Of a stretch of DNA of 64,000 bases, positions 26,600 through 39,503 are shown one piece after another. The DNA is from Octopus sinensis (taxonomy: Eukaryota). The number at the start of each line of letters is the position of its first letter. Position 1 is the stretch's first letter. Where the stretch lies: assembly GCF_006345805.1 (NCBI RefSeq), contig NC_042998.1:19592001-19656000 (forward strand), in the 5' to 3' direction. The translations under genes were made by a program, and so were the position numbers. The notes under the pieces are model-generated. The model was given only the letters and a program-made list of their open reading frames with translations. It made no database searches and was not told the origin of the DNA.

Positions 26600-26644
<45 letters not shown>

Positions 26645-26848
26645 ATGCATAATACGATTATACACAGTTTACAATTGGTTTAATGTGAGATGCACAACTT
26701 ATATTTTTCTATAGATATACCCTATGATTTCCGAAAGTATGCAAAATGAAATGAATCATTAGAGCTCCCTCATCCGTGAAGTCTTGCAGAGATAAGTTTG
26801 CCTGAAAGGTATGGCTCAAAATGATATTTCATTGTATTAAATGAGATG

Positions 26849-27750
26849 TACGAAATGGTGACGAAAACTTGAAGAACTATTTATATTCAATAAAATGTCA
26901 TCTATTTAGCTTAGTTTCAGCACCATTTCCTTATTAAATTCTAACCATGCTCAGCAGTACAACAGCTCCAACGTTCCTCCTACGTTTGGTGTCAGGCCTG
27001 GAAGTCCTTTTCCGTAAGCGAGTCGAGGACCTTCTGCGATTCGTGCTTGATCTTCATAGCGGTGTTGAAACGGTGTATTTTTATCTTGGGGAAGAGATTG
27101 ATGTCTGCAGATGCTAAATCTGGCGAATACCTGGGGTGCGGAAGCGATGTCATATTGTTTTGGCTAGAAACTCATAAGTGAGAAGGATTCCGTGAAAGTG
27201 TCCATTTCGTTGTGTAGAACCCAATTTTTCGCGCTCCAAAGACCCAGTCCTCTTCACCGAATTTCTTCCATCTAGCGCTTCAAGCTGATTGATAGTCTGA
27301 TCCTGTGGAGAGAATTTGCGATGTACAATACTATATTCTTAGGGGTAACACTCGTGGCAGGCCTTCAATATCACTCCTTATCTTCCAGAGAAGTTCTGCT
27401 TTTGAATTGCCAGTGTCATTCGAAATATTGCGTACGACCCATAGACTCATCGCCGTAAGCTTACCGAAGAATGTTTAATGCCTCCGTAACAGACCTCTCA
27501 AGTTTAACGCAAAATTTCACGTTGGCGCTTTGTTCTTGACCACGACAAAATCGCAGACTACAGCATACACATGATGATAAAAACAAAAATTTCACAACTT
27601 GCCAAGTAAACACAGCAATGTCAGTCAGCACACCAACTCATGAGAGCCACATGAAGTGCACTCCTAGCTCTCACTACGTGCGCAACCGTATGCTATTTAT
27701 AGTTGGCGCGCTACAGAACTAGTCAGGAAACGTATTGTTACCACCTCGTA
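26849..27750 (-). mobile_element. Decayed mariner element
   Basis: Degenerate TIRs tacga(aa/gg)tggt.ac. Minus-strand remnant of NMTSLPHPRYSPDLASAD..FPKIK. Confidence 0.8.
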
Positions 27751-27826
27751 TATATATGTAACAGTTACATTGAATACTCAGACTGTTAAAATCTGATTAC
27801 ATTTTATATTAATTTTTAATTTTACA

Positions 27827-28291
27827 TCTCTCTCTATATAAACGGCAGTTTGTCTGTCTGTGTGTCTGTGTGTCTGTCAGGTTGTACCCTCACCCTGACC
27901 ACGGCTTTCAACCGATTCTGATGAAACTCGACACACACATAGCGCAATGTCATAATTCAAAACTAACGCAGCGAAAAGTTTGAAAAGTTCCCCCAGTTCT
28001 GAAAAAATCGATAAATTCGACATGGGGCCGAGAATCTAAGCTTTTTATATGCAACACATTTTCTGAGCTGTACGTGGGCTGTTCACGCGTTGGGAGGCAC
28101 AATGATGTTTTCATGTTTTCACCCAAAGGGACAGCTAGGAACATCGTATACACAGAAGTATTCGAGTGAAGAGAAGACATTGCAACCTACACATGCGCCT
28201 TCGTTCCCTAGAGGGAAAGCACTAGTTTGGGATTAGTCGTTGCCTACTAGGGGCTCTTACATACCCGGGCAACGCCGGGCTATGCTGCTAG
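27827..28291 (+). mobile_element. Non-autonomous Helitron retaining the RepHel helicase C-terminus
   Basis: A|TC...cccgggcaacgccggg..CTAG|T. 28059-28169 encodes FSELYVGCSRVGRHNDVFMFSPKGTARNIVYTEVFE* (PIF1 motif VI LYVA.SRV and NIVY.EV). Confidence 0.9.
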
Positions 28292-28992
28292 TTTAACTAT
28301 ATATCATAAATACTTTACATGAGACGAATACGTGTTTCAAGGCATAGAAACATTTACCTTTTAATATATATCATAATGGCTTTTATAAACAAACGTGATA
28401 TTAAAAACACCATATGTCAGACTAGTAATAATCACAGCCTATTATTTTCAACCTGAACACTTTAACATCTTATGAAATAATAGTTGGGAAAATTGTACAA
28501 TAAAAGTATTTCAATTTAAGCCTATCAGTATAATGCGTCATAGAAAGTAAAACCGTTTCGTACGTCAAGCTCAATAGTTTTCTTTATTTTGTCCTGTCGC
28601 AATTACCGCACACTCAACACGTATAATAATTTTAATTAAACGTTTATATAGTGTAAGGATCTGTGGATTTTACATGGCTTCTTTAGAAAGAAATAACTTA
28701 TGTCGCCTACATTCTCAGGTTTTTCCATTTTCAACAACAGTTCACAGCGTAATATGTGTGAATATTTCATTTATGAATACAAGTCTAATACAAGTCTCTT
28801 AGAAGAAATTAGTGGAAGACTTCACTGTGCAAATATCACCATGTCTCGAAACTGAGTACTTAAAAATTGTCATTGGCTGTCATAGTAGAATATTAACATA
28901 TATAAAACATCCATACACACATACACGAACGCTTATGTTTGTTTGTATGTATATATATGTATGTGTGTGTGTGTGTGAAGGTATATATGTAT

Positions 28993-29216
28993 GCTTAGTA
29001 AGTGGGATTGATTCAGTGCACAGCCTTTCTTCACTTTAAAAAAAATCTTCTTCCACAGGCATTGCACGATAACATTGTTCATGATTGTTGATAGTGCTGT
29101 GAGTCTCAACTGAATGGCTGGCTGTAGCCTTAAAAAGCAAAGAAAATTCACATTCGATCACAGCACCAATAACAGTTGAGCTTCGTGCAATGGCCATAAT
29201 CGATAATGAGGGGGCA

Positions 29217-29223
<7 letters not shown>
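28993..29223 (+). mobile_element. 3' fragment of the same element as 38899-39450
   Basis: gcttagt.agtgggattga.tcagtgcacagcctt..ggggcagcca, followed by (TA)n. Confidence 0.75.
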
Positions 29224-29257
<34 letters not shown>

Positions 29258-32092
29258 CATATACGTGTATAATATGCTAAGAAATGCAAATATTTCTTTT
29301 GAAATAAATACCAGAGAATTTGTTCCGCGCAAATGCGTCTTGATAAATGGCGCGTGGTAAGAAATCATGAAGAGAGCTGAACTAAAGCTGTTCAAGCTAA
29401 AAAAAAACAACACTCATACAGGTATTTCGGCCCCTACCTTCGTTGTGTCAAAGGGGGTTGGGCCACATCCAGGTCATGATTTCCTGGTGCCCTTCTGTTG
29501 ATGCAGTTTAGCCACTTAAGTGTTGGAGCCTTGTGCATATAAACCGCTTGGCGATTCAGTTAACTCCTCTTCGTTGACTCAGCTTACAAACTTAATAAAA
29601 TTGCTACAAAGCTGCGTGATAATGGCGTCAGACGTGGCATGTAGACCATCATGCATCTTGCTTGACTTTCTATGTTATACATATTTTCCATTTTTCTTTG
29701 ACATGCGCATTACATTTTTATTCTTGTCTTCCGTTTTACGAATTCAACGTGCACATGCGCATTGCGTGTTTATTCCTCTCTTTCCGGTTCCCACTGAAAA
29801 CATTTTATAGTTCACAACCATCTCATGAACTATGTTCGTGAAGAGCGCATCGCTCTCCGATGCTTGTGAAAAAAAAAGACGTCGGTTGTCATAATGACGG
29901 TTAAACTTCAAAGCTATCACAATGATACGTCATAGTTATTTCCCTTACCTTTAAAATACAGAAATATTACATTCAAATCGTTTGGCGGTTGATTTGTTCA
30001 TATTCGGCCACATCAAGCTAGAACAGCTCTCTGCCGCAATCCCTCCTTCGCTCTCAGTCCTCTGTGTATGTCTTTCTCAACCTCTCATCCTCTCACTGTC
30101 TGCCTGTCGTTCTCAACGCTGTCACTGTCACTCTCTAGCCTGTCATCTCTCAGATTGTCTGTCTTTCTCAACTGACCGCCTTCTCCGTAATCCCATCTGC
30201 CTTGTTACCGTCTTTAGGGTTGTGGTCCTGTTCTTCATAAAGACTTGGAGTTGTTTTATTAGAACCAATTTTGCTGCACCTCCTGCAACGTTAAATTTTG
30301 TTTTGTTTTTAAATCGAAACTGTTCTTATAAGCTAACTGACTATTCCATCCAACGCGGTCCATCTGTTCATCAATTTCCTTTGTTATATTTATCTACTCA
30401 TTATTCAATATCATTTATCATCTATATTAATTGGAGAAATCTAATTAAGGAATCTGTAGCTAATTCCCATTTATCAGATGTTATTGTATTTTATATATGA
30501 ACAACAGACGACAACAACGGTTTAGCATTTTCATGGCAGATATAGGTTATCTATCACACAGTGCATCTAATCCTTGTTTCTCTGTAAGTTGTTTGAATTT
30601 TATGCGCATATGTAGTAGTGTTGTAGTTTTTAAGCCCCCCCCCCTAACTAATGCAAACTCCAAAGATTCTGAATCTAAAGCTGATTAATATTTTATTCAA
30701 TATTATTCAATCAATGTGACTAGAAGCAAATTGGCTGCCCATTTTGCCTATAATAGCTGAACATATTGACGATTTAGCTGCGTAGGTTTCAAGACTAATT
30801 AGAGAACCAGGTGTTGAAACAGATAATATCGCCCCGCAACAGAACATTGCATTATTTTAATTGCATCAGCACATTAAGCTTAGAATACAAATGTCACAAT
30901 GCTGTTTCAGTAAGAGGTTTTCCTCGTCTGCAACTATATACAATTAACCCAATGAAGCACTCAGTTTTTTTTTTCTTACAATATCCAAATAAATAAAACA
31001 CAAGTTATTAAGTTTTTTTGTCAGAATATGAGCGAATCTTTCGTTTTCGGATTTGGTCTGCAAGATTCTTTATATGAGTTCTTGTGTCGAAGCATATTCT
31101 CTTGTTTCTGGGAAAAGTCATTTTCTTTTTGTGCCTTATTATGTAACACACTGAAAACTATTGAGTCAAAACTATCGAAAAGTTTGCAAGACGCAACGAA
31201 AATTTTAGAACAATAAAAATAAGAAATAAGTCGAAATTTTACCGGTGAGTGTCTTACATAATAAGGCACAAAAAGAAATGACTCTCCCCTGACACAACAG
31301 TATGAGCGAATCTTGCTTCCTGAAAAGTTGAAAGATTTTTAGAGTTAATTCTTATCCCTACTCCTGGGGTATATTTTGAGGAAGACTTGTAAACATGCAT
31401 ATTATCAATCCAATGGAGTTATACACTATTTTTTTATACCTGGAATTAATCTACAAAAATTGACATTCCATTTCTAAATCTAAATGACCATCATTATATT
31501 TTCAAGTGTTATTCAATGTTTTTTTCTCCTGTGAAGTAATATTATTTCATAATATACAGAATGAATTTACATGAATTCCGCACAATTAGATTACAATAAA
31601 ATTTATGAAATAAAATGGAAAATTTCTGTAGTTGAGTGTATTAATCAATGGTATATTATCTATAAACAATTGATGTGGCATCACTTATGTTTATATAAAA
31701 CAAGAAATAAGTAATAAAATTGGTGTTATATTTATTCAGGCAGTCAAAATATTTTATTGACTTTTAATTTTAATATATTCGGTGTTGAAATGAGAGTGAC
31801 ACTAAAGAAACGTTAAAATTTCATCGCTATTAATCAAATCTCGGAGAAAACATGAAATTAAATTTTAAATGGGGAACCCACAGATGATGGATGTTGGATG
31901 TTGGTTTATACAGTAATAATCAAATTATAAAAAAGGAAAGAGAAAGTCCTAAAGACAATTAAGTTTGAGAAATGTTCTATAGAAATAAAGAATATACTGG
32001 AATGGCAAAAATGAAAATTCGTGGGAGGAAAAAAAATAATTGGTTTGACGTAAATAAAATATAGCTACATATATGAGTGAGTAAAAAAGACT

Positions 32093-32480
32093 GGATGGAA
32101 GCACTCCGTCGGTTACGACGACGAGGGTTCCGGTTGATCCGAATCAACGGAACAGCCTGCTCGTGAAATTAACGTGTAAGTGGCTGAGCACTCCACAGAC
32201 ACGTGTACCCTTAACGTAGTTCTCGGGGATATTCAGCGTGACACAGAGAGTGACAAGGCCGGCCCTTTGAAATACAGGTACAACAGAAACAGGAAGTAAG
32301 AGTGAGAGAAAGTTGTGGTGAAAGAGTACAGCAGGGATCACCACCATCCCCTGCCGGAGCCTCGTGGAGCTTTAGGTGTTTTCGCTCAATAAACACTCAC
32401 AACGCCCGGTCTGGGAATCGAAACCGCGATCCTATGACCGCGAGTCCGCTGCCCTAACCACTGGGCCATTGCGCCTCCAC
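32093..32480 (-). mobile_element. tRNA-derived SINE family C (about 390 bp; possibly octopus OR1)
   Basis: Head gtggaggcgcaatggcccagtggttagggc..ggtttcgattccc, 12-bp TSD gtaaaaaagact. Confidence 0.9.
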
Positions 32481-33639
32481 GTAAAAAAGACTAATCCCTA
32501 CAGGAAATACAAGATGTTTCGGATTGAAATTTATCTCTTTGTTAAAGGAAGAAAATAAAATGTCAGTGACAATTGTTAAGGACTCCGGCAGAAAAAAGAG
32601 GGAGGTAATTTTAATAAATCACGAATTAATCTCTGAATGTTAATTTCCATATTTATGGAAATGAAGTCGGATCCTTCTAGACAAAAAACAACCAGGAGTA
32701 ATTTTGGTCTATTACACGTCATAAATATAGCCTACTGTCATATGCAAATACAGATGAATTAATACAAATTTACATATTGACTGGAGAGAGTGATATAAAC
32801 CTACAGACAATTGTTCAAAATACCAAACGGAAGGAGAAAATTTCATAAAATTAAAAAGTGATTTCCAGAAAGTTCTAAGTGGAGTTTTTGGGGTTTTCAG
32901 AGACTGATACCTAAGCGGCATTTTTTTCAACCTTTTCATTGTTGTAGGGACACATTTTCCAAGTTGCATACGCTATCGTGACTGACTCGGATTTTGTTGC
33001 TCTCCTAAATATCCTATCACCCAAAATACATAAATTCCCTGCAAGCCAAACAGCCATTGTGTGCTTCTAAGATTATCTAAGAATAGAGAAGGTACCTGAT
33101 TTTTTTCTCCTACATTTCAAGAGGTTGGTGTCTAATTGAAGCGTGATTTCATAGTTATTTCTAGTAGAGTAAGTTTGGAGTCTCTCACTTTGACAATATT
33201 ATTATTATTCGGCAGAATGATTAGAGTTTGTATGAAAAGATCTGTATTGCTGTAGCTACGCCGTGTAGCTCTAGGTACTTCTTAGTAACGCTAACATTCC
33301 TGATACAATACATCACATGTTTCTTTTTGCATCTATGTTTAGTTTGTCCTTTGCCCATTTGCGATTTCAAGAGGTTTTCTTGTGGAGAAATTTTTAAAAA
33401 AATTTCCAGACGTCTACATCGACTTCATTAACGTGTACTAAAATTTTAACATAACAATTATAAACAGCAAAATCGATCAATACTCAATTAAACAAAAATG
33501 GAAGCAGAAAGGAAAAGTTAAAAACATAATAGTATCTCTAACAGCAATTTTTTTTTATTTCTGCCGCTTAACACTTCTGGTGCGCAAAATTGATGTTTTT
33601 CACACACGAGGCGTATTTAAGGGAAAATCTGACATTCCA

Positions 33640-33949
33640 TAGGTTACTAGGACGGGGTTTCCAGTTGAGACGACCAACGGAACAGCCCGCTCGTAAAATT
33701 ATATTACATATGACTCAACACTCCACAGATATAAGCACCCTTTGCGTAGGTTTCGGGAATATTAAGTGTGACACAGTATGCGATGCTGGCCTTTTGAATT
33801 ACAGGTATAATTTATGTTTGCCAACTGAGTGGACTGCAACAACGGGAAATTAAACGTGATGCTCAAGTACAAGAGGCGGCACCGGGAATCGAACTTACGA
33901 CCTTACGAACGGGATCCAAATATACTAACCCTAAGCTACACGCCTTCAC
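33640..33949 (-). mobile_element. Older SINE with family E head and family C tail
   Basis: 33820-33949 aligns to 63705-63846, and 33650-33810 aligns to 32115-32280. Confidence 0.75.
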
Positions 33950-34323
33950 TATTTAAGGATATAAGTAAAATTGGTGTCAAATTTTGGCACAAGGCCAGCA
34001 CTTCTGGAGAAGTTTTTTTTTCAACAATCTAAATTTGTCAAGAGGTTTCCCGACATGAGTTCTACTCACTTGTCATGTTTCATCAAAATCAATCAAACGA
34101 TGCAGGAGAAATTAGCTAACAACGCCACAACCAAACACACACCGGTTCCCCACATATGTTGTAGACTAGCTGACGTACCCGGTAATTCCAGGGAAAGTGG
34201 GGCTTATCCTTTGATTCCGTTCTCACAATTGTTTCGCTAATCCAATAACAACAATACAAAGTATGTAGCCCTTAAAACAGTTATTGAGAAAACCGAATTG
34301 TCTCAGAAAACCGACATCAGTGC

Positions 34324-34466
34324 TCAACTGGTACTTATTTTATCGACCTGAATGGATGAAAAGCAAAGACGACCTTGGTGGAATTTGAACTCAGAAGGTA
34401 AAGACTGACTAAACATTGCTAACCATTTTGTCCGGCGTGCTAACGATTCTACCAACACACCGCCTT
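34324..34466 (-). mobile_element. SINE family A, partial
   Basis: ctggtacttattttatcgacc..ggaatttgaactcagaa..gctaacgattct. Confidence 0.8.
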
Positions 34467-35719
34467 CAGGATATAAGTAATATTGGCGAGATATTTCGTT
34501 CTTGTATTTCACTTAAGATTACAAACTAATTATGGTAAAATATCGGCTTCACGTAAACGCAAGTCTTTCAGTTGGATAGATGAGAACGGTTTGTAAGTCC
34601 ACTATAAGGATATTACATTTTTCAGTGTGGTCGATCTCCTTAAATGCCAGATTCAACTTCCCTATCCATGGTTTATGTGATTGTAATGAAAACCTCTTTG
34701 TTACAAAGATCAGACCAAGGATTCCATTCTAATGAAAACTCTTCATGTTCCTGCTAGCATTGCAATCCTCGAATATGTTCTGGCGCTGACATTTCTCCTT
34801 ATGAATTGCAAATGTAAACCTTGGGGAAATTTTACAAAATTAACCCAATTATAAATTAAACAGCCTTCGCTGTACTTTTGTACACAATATCTCTTTATCT
34901 TATCACGCGGTTATTTATTGATTTCAAGCCTATACTTGTAAGTATATCAAGTATTCTATATCTTTTACAGCAATGTTGAACCTAGGGGGAATTTTACTTA
35001 AAACAACGAAATACTAGACACTTTAACTAATTAATTTTGTCTCTTATTTTACTTTTTGCAATATCACAAGCGACAGGTAAAGACATAAATAACATCTACT
35101 GGCTGTCTCGCACATGTATGCATGTGAGTGCGCTGTTATATATTACAAAATATGTGTTTATGTGTATGGATGTATATCTGTACATATGGATTTTTACGGT
35201 CATATATACAGAAAACAATTTCTATAATAGCATGGACATATGTCAGTAGGTGAATGCTAGGTGAAAAATACCTGTAAGGTCGAAGTTCAGAACTTCTTGA
35301 GACATATGAATGTATTACGTGACACTATACTTAACGTCTTGACACGTGATGAATGTTTTGTTGTTAGAGAAAAAAAGGACAATTTCTGAGAAAGGTATTC
35401 AGTGTAAGGTATAAGCTTGGAAATAAAACAGCCAGCCGTGTGATGTTATAAAAGCATCGCAGCGGAATGATCCGTTAGAGAGTAGTTTTATGTGACGAAT
35501 ATCGATTTTCTATCGAGTATGATTCATAGTATTCTGTTAATTCCATTATTCAGTACACAACAACGTTGAAGATACTTTCAAGACTTCAGAACGATGGATA
35601 TATTTTTTATTTTTCTATGGAAGTAATCTCTAGGATTATGGAGAGAAAAAAAATACATACATAACCACATAGTCGCTCGTACAAATACACACAAAAACAA
35701 GTTCTTACACACAGACACA

Positions 35720-35881
35720 CACGTATATATATGCGTATAAATGTGTGTGTAGAGATACATACAAATATTTGTGAGTATATATATATATATATATATAATA
35801 TATATATACAAATATGCAGATATATACATTATATATATATATATACAAATCTACGAATATACAGATATATACATTGTGTAT

Positions 35882-35958
<77 letters not shown>

Positions 35959-36127
35959 CACATATATATATATATATATACACATATATATATACGCATA
36001 TATATATATATGCATATATATACACATGTATATATATATATACATATACATATATATATATATATACACATATGCATATATATATATATACACATATGCA
36101 TATATATATATATATATACACATATGC

Positions 36128-36158
<31 letters not shown>

Positions 36159-36260
36159 CGTATTTATATATACACATATACATGCATCTCAAACACCTAC
36201 TCATATGTATGTGTGTGAGTGTGTATGTGTGCGTGTGTGCACGTGTCCTTGCGTGTGTGT
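35720..36260. repeat. Long compound (TA)n/(CA)n/(TG)n tract
   Basis: Direct reading. Confidence 0.95.
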
Positions 36261-37048
36261 AATCAGCGGCTGTCTGCGAATAATATTGCAAAATGGTGCG
36301 TTTAAATTGGATAATATATAGACTTATTATTAGTGGATTCAAGAAATCACTCCGAAAATACGCCGTCACAGCTGCAACGCGACTGTAGCGGAAACGGCAT
36401 TGCTGGTAATAAGAATTGTATCTACGGCTCTATGTTCAACTAAATGTCTATACAAAGAAGAACTCATATGTTAAGATATATTTCATTACCTTATGATTTG
36501 GGGAAATATTAGTACACATAACACAGCAGTATCATTTGTGCTCCAGAGGGAAAATTGGGAAGTGTAACTATAATCAGAAGAAATGTCATTTCATAATGGA
36601 AAGTATCCACCCAGCAAATCGACTCTTACATTGATATGAATTGAATCCAAGGAGGGCCGACGTAGAACCCATACACCAAATCTACAAACATTTAAGTATA
36701 CCATCTACTGACATGAACCGCGGAAAGTGGAGCACACACGTGATTGGTGTAAACTTTGACCTCATGGCGGTATCTCGATATTACCACCGAATGCAACCCT
36801 AGAGTTTATCCCTTACTTGTTTCGATCATTAGACTGTGGTCAGGCTGGGGCACCACTTAGAAGAAATTGTAATCAAATGGATCGTTGCTAGTACTTATTT
36901 TATTTTATTTTAACACAGAGTATTTATTCTATCGTTCCCTCTCGCCGAACTGGTATATTACGTGGACACAAAAACATCAACACCAGTTTTCAAGCGGTGG
37001 CGCGGAAAAAACACAGGCTCAAAGACGTACACGCACACAACCTTCTCA

Positions 37049-37096
<48 letters not shown>

Positions 37097-37103
<7 letters not shown>

Positions 37104-37583
37104 TTAACAATTAAGGATAACTTCTTAATAAGGAATCTTAACAAGAAATTATCAGGTAGATAGCGTGAAAAACCTCATAAGAGAAAAATTTCGAAAATAA
37201 TTCTTTCTTATTGAACATATTAATTTATATATAGAGGGCATTATTACACATACATGCCACACGCTAAGAGGGACATTAGTCATTTCTACCAAAAAATTTT
37301 ACTAATCATACCCAATGCAATTTTTTCAAAGCCAGACATTTAAAAAATGAATTTAGTCTTGTATCACCTGTGATTTCGTACTTACCGCAGTTGCGACCGT
37401 ACTCATCAGCAAGACTGATTCTGAACATATCATAAATAAACGACCTCGCACCGTCAAAGCCGAACAGCTATCTGCTCGACTCCAACGAAGCACATGGGGA
37501 AGTTTACATATAATACATCCGGTAGATGTAAGAATTATTAGCGTGTGGCATGTATGTGTAATAATGCCCTCTATATATAAATA

Positions 37584-37590
<7 letters not shown>
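37097..37590 (-). mobile_element. Non-autonomous HHR element H4 with about 44-bp inversion, flanked by (TA)n
   Basis: 37224-37267 and 37538-37581 are inverted copies. (TA)n lies on both sides. Confidence 0.7.
37355..37416 (-). ncRNA. Canonical type-I hammerhead ribozyme (family H4)
   Basis: Minus strand AGUCUUG-CUGAUGA-GUAC(17 nt)GUAC-GAAA-UCACAGGUGA-UA-CAAGACU. 7-bp helix I, 4-bp helix II, helix III AUCAC/GUGAU, intact core. Confidence 0.9.
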
Positions 37591-37627
<37 letters not shown>

Positions 37628-37634
37628 TATATAT

Positions 37635-38850
37635 ATAATTTGAGGATATACCTTTTTTGGGTCATTGCTGCATTTTTTGCTAACTCTGCATAATCTTTGA
37701 TTCAGAAAATAATAATGGCAGACCCCATAGCTTACTCAAGAAATGAAGGGGCATGCTGTTATTCTGGTTATAAAGGCTGGGCATACCGATTTAAAAATAT
37801 CTCGATTTTTAAAAGTTACTAGATCTTTAGTCTACAAAGTGTGTAATGAGCTAGAGACTGAATATGGAAACGTATCGCCAGTATCAAAACATAAAAAAAC
37901 ACTGTAAATCCCTGAAATCATCAGAACACCTGAATTTATCCAGCAAGTTTAACAGACCATTATTTACAATCCTAGAAATCCATAAGGTCAATTGCAAAAG
38001 ATCTCCATGTGTCATAAATGACAGTCAGAAATGTTGCCCGCGAAGACATCAGGTATGAGTCTTATATGATAAACAAAGATCAATTTGTCAGAGAAAGCAA
38101 ATGAAAATCACTACATCAAATCTAAAAGGATCTTAAACAAACTGAAAAATCCAGCAGATTTAACTTCGACCAAGTTCAAAAGGTTACCCAAAAAAATGAC
38201 AAATGGCTACGTGCATACCCTCCTGGGGTTCCAAGTGTTATGCATACAAAAGGTCCTGCAACTGTCATGGTTCTAGGGGCTTTCAGCAATGAAGGACATG
38301 TGATGTCTCCTTACTTCTTTCCACAAAGCCTTAGAGTTAACACTGCCGCCTCGGTCTAGGTCCTGGAAATAATTGTAAATCCCTAGATAGACAGTGCATG
38401 CAATGAAAGGCCATATCTGTTTCAGTAAGACTGTGCACTATTATACATGGCTCTACAAACACAGGAATGGATGGCAGTAAATGTTCATGTTCACATAACC
38501 CCTAACATTTGAGGTCCTAATTCCCCAGATCTCAATCCCTGGGATTATTACATATGGAGAATTGTTGAGAGAGAAGACAATGAACGCGCCCATAACACCA
38601 AAGATACTTTGAAAGCTGCCATAGTCAGAGTGATGACGAAAATAAACCAGGAATACTTAATACGAGGATGAAGGCGGTTTAGATCTCATATACAAGCAGT
38701 TATTGAAGCTGAAGATGGCTTTATTAAATAACTTTATAGAAAAGAAGATATATTTTTATCGTCGTACCATTTTTTGATAAATAGAGTTATCTTCTTATAT
38801 GTCTTTTTTATAAACATATATAGGTCCTCAAATATCTTACGCACCCTGTA
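37635..38850 (+). mobile_element. Decayed Tc1/mariner element, maT/DD37D-like
   Basis: VMVLGAFSNEGHVM..PYLFQ*DCA..PNSPDLNPWDYYIW..AVIEAEDGFI. 3' TIR cctcaaatatcttacgcaccctgta. Confidence 0.88.
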
Positions 38851-38898
38851 TGTATATATGTGTGTGTGTGTGTAAATATATATATATAATATATATAT

Positions 38899-39448
38899 AT
38901 GGTGGCTGCCCCTTCGTTATCGAGTGTGGCCATTATACGAAGCTTAATCAATGTTGTTATCGTGCAATGCCTGTGCAAGAACATCTTTTTTAAAGTGAGG
39001 AAAGGCTGTGCACTGAGTCAATCCCACTCACTAAGCAACAGCAGCCTTAATCCGAAAAGAAGAACAAGTCAACATCATCTGTAACCACTGCGCCGCAGGT
39101 TTTATGTCGGAATTATCCCAGTTTCCTGAGTTACCTTCTCCTAGAAGGATGCCCTAACAAAGGCTAGGAGTCCTTCACTCCCAATGGTTTAACCGTGCGA
39201 TCGGGTATTCAGTACGATTATTTCTATGTCCCCGCGCATGATACATCCTTAAAGCATTTATTGGATGGCCGTTAACTCTCAAGAGTTCGTCCCCCCTTTG
39301 ACGGGTTTTGTTTTTCATCCCGCAGGGTGTCCAATAAACACCCTCCTCACCAAGCAAGCTTGGTGGGGTTGCCGGTTTAGTCGCCAACGACCCGACCATG
39401 CAACAGGTTGTACTGGGTTACATGTTACCAGTAGCACTCGAAAGTGAC

Positions 39449-39450
<2 letters not shown>
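38899..39450 (-). mobile_element. Non-coding retroelement, probably a bipartite RTE derivative
   Basis: Contains the RTE-5'UTR-like motif gggcatccttctaggagaaggtaactc. Its 3' part is also found at 28993-29223. Flanked by (TA)n. Confidence 0.55.

Positions 39451-39503
<53 letters not shown>

Noticed and set aside
27915-27935. ctgatgaaac in the Helitron (also 5455-5465)
   Set aside because: No helix II between CUGAUGA and GAAA. It is ordinary Helitron sequence.
29982-30688. 172-aa ORF and neighbour
   Set aside because: Non-ATG start, CT-rich low-complexity sequence, no recognisable motif.
35578-36369. YI/IY-repeat ORFs here and at 770-1145, 42119-42590, 55642-56298 and 57937-58629
   Set aside because: (TA)n microsatellite artefacts.
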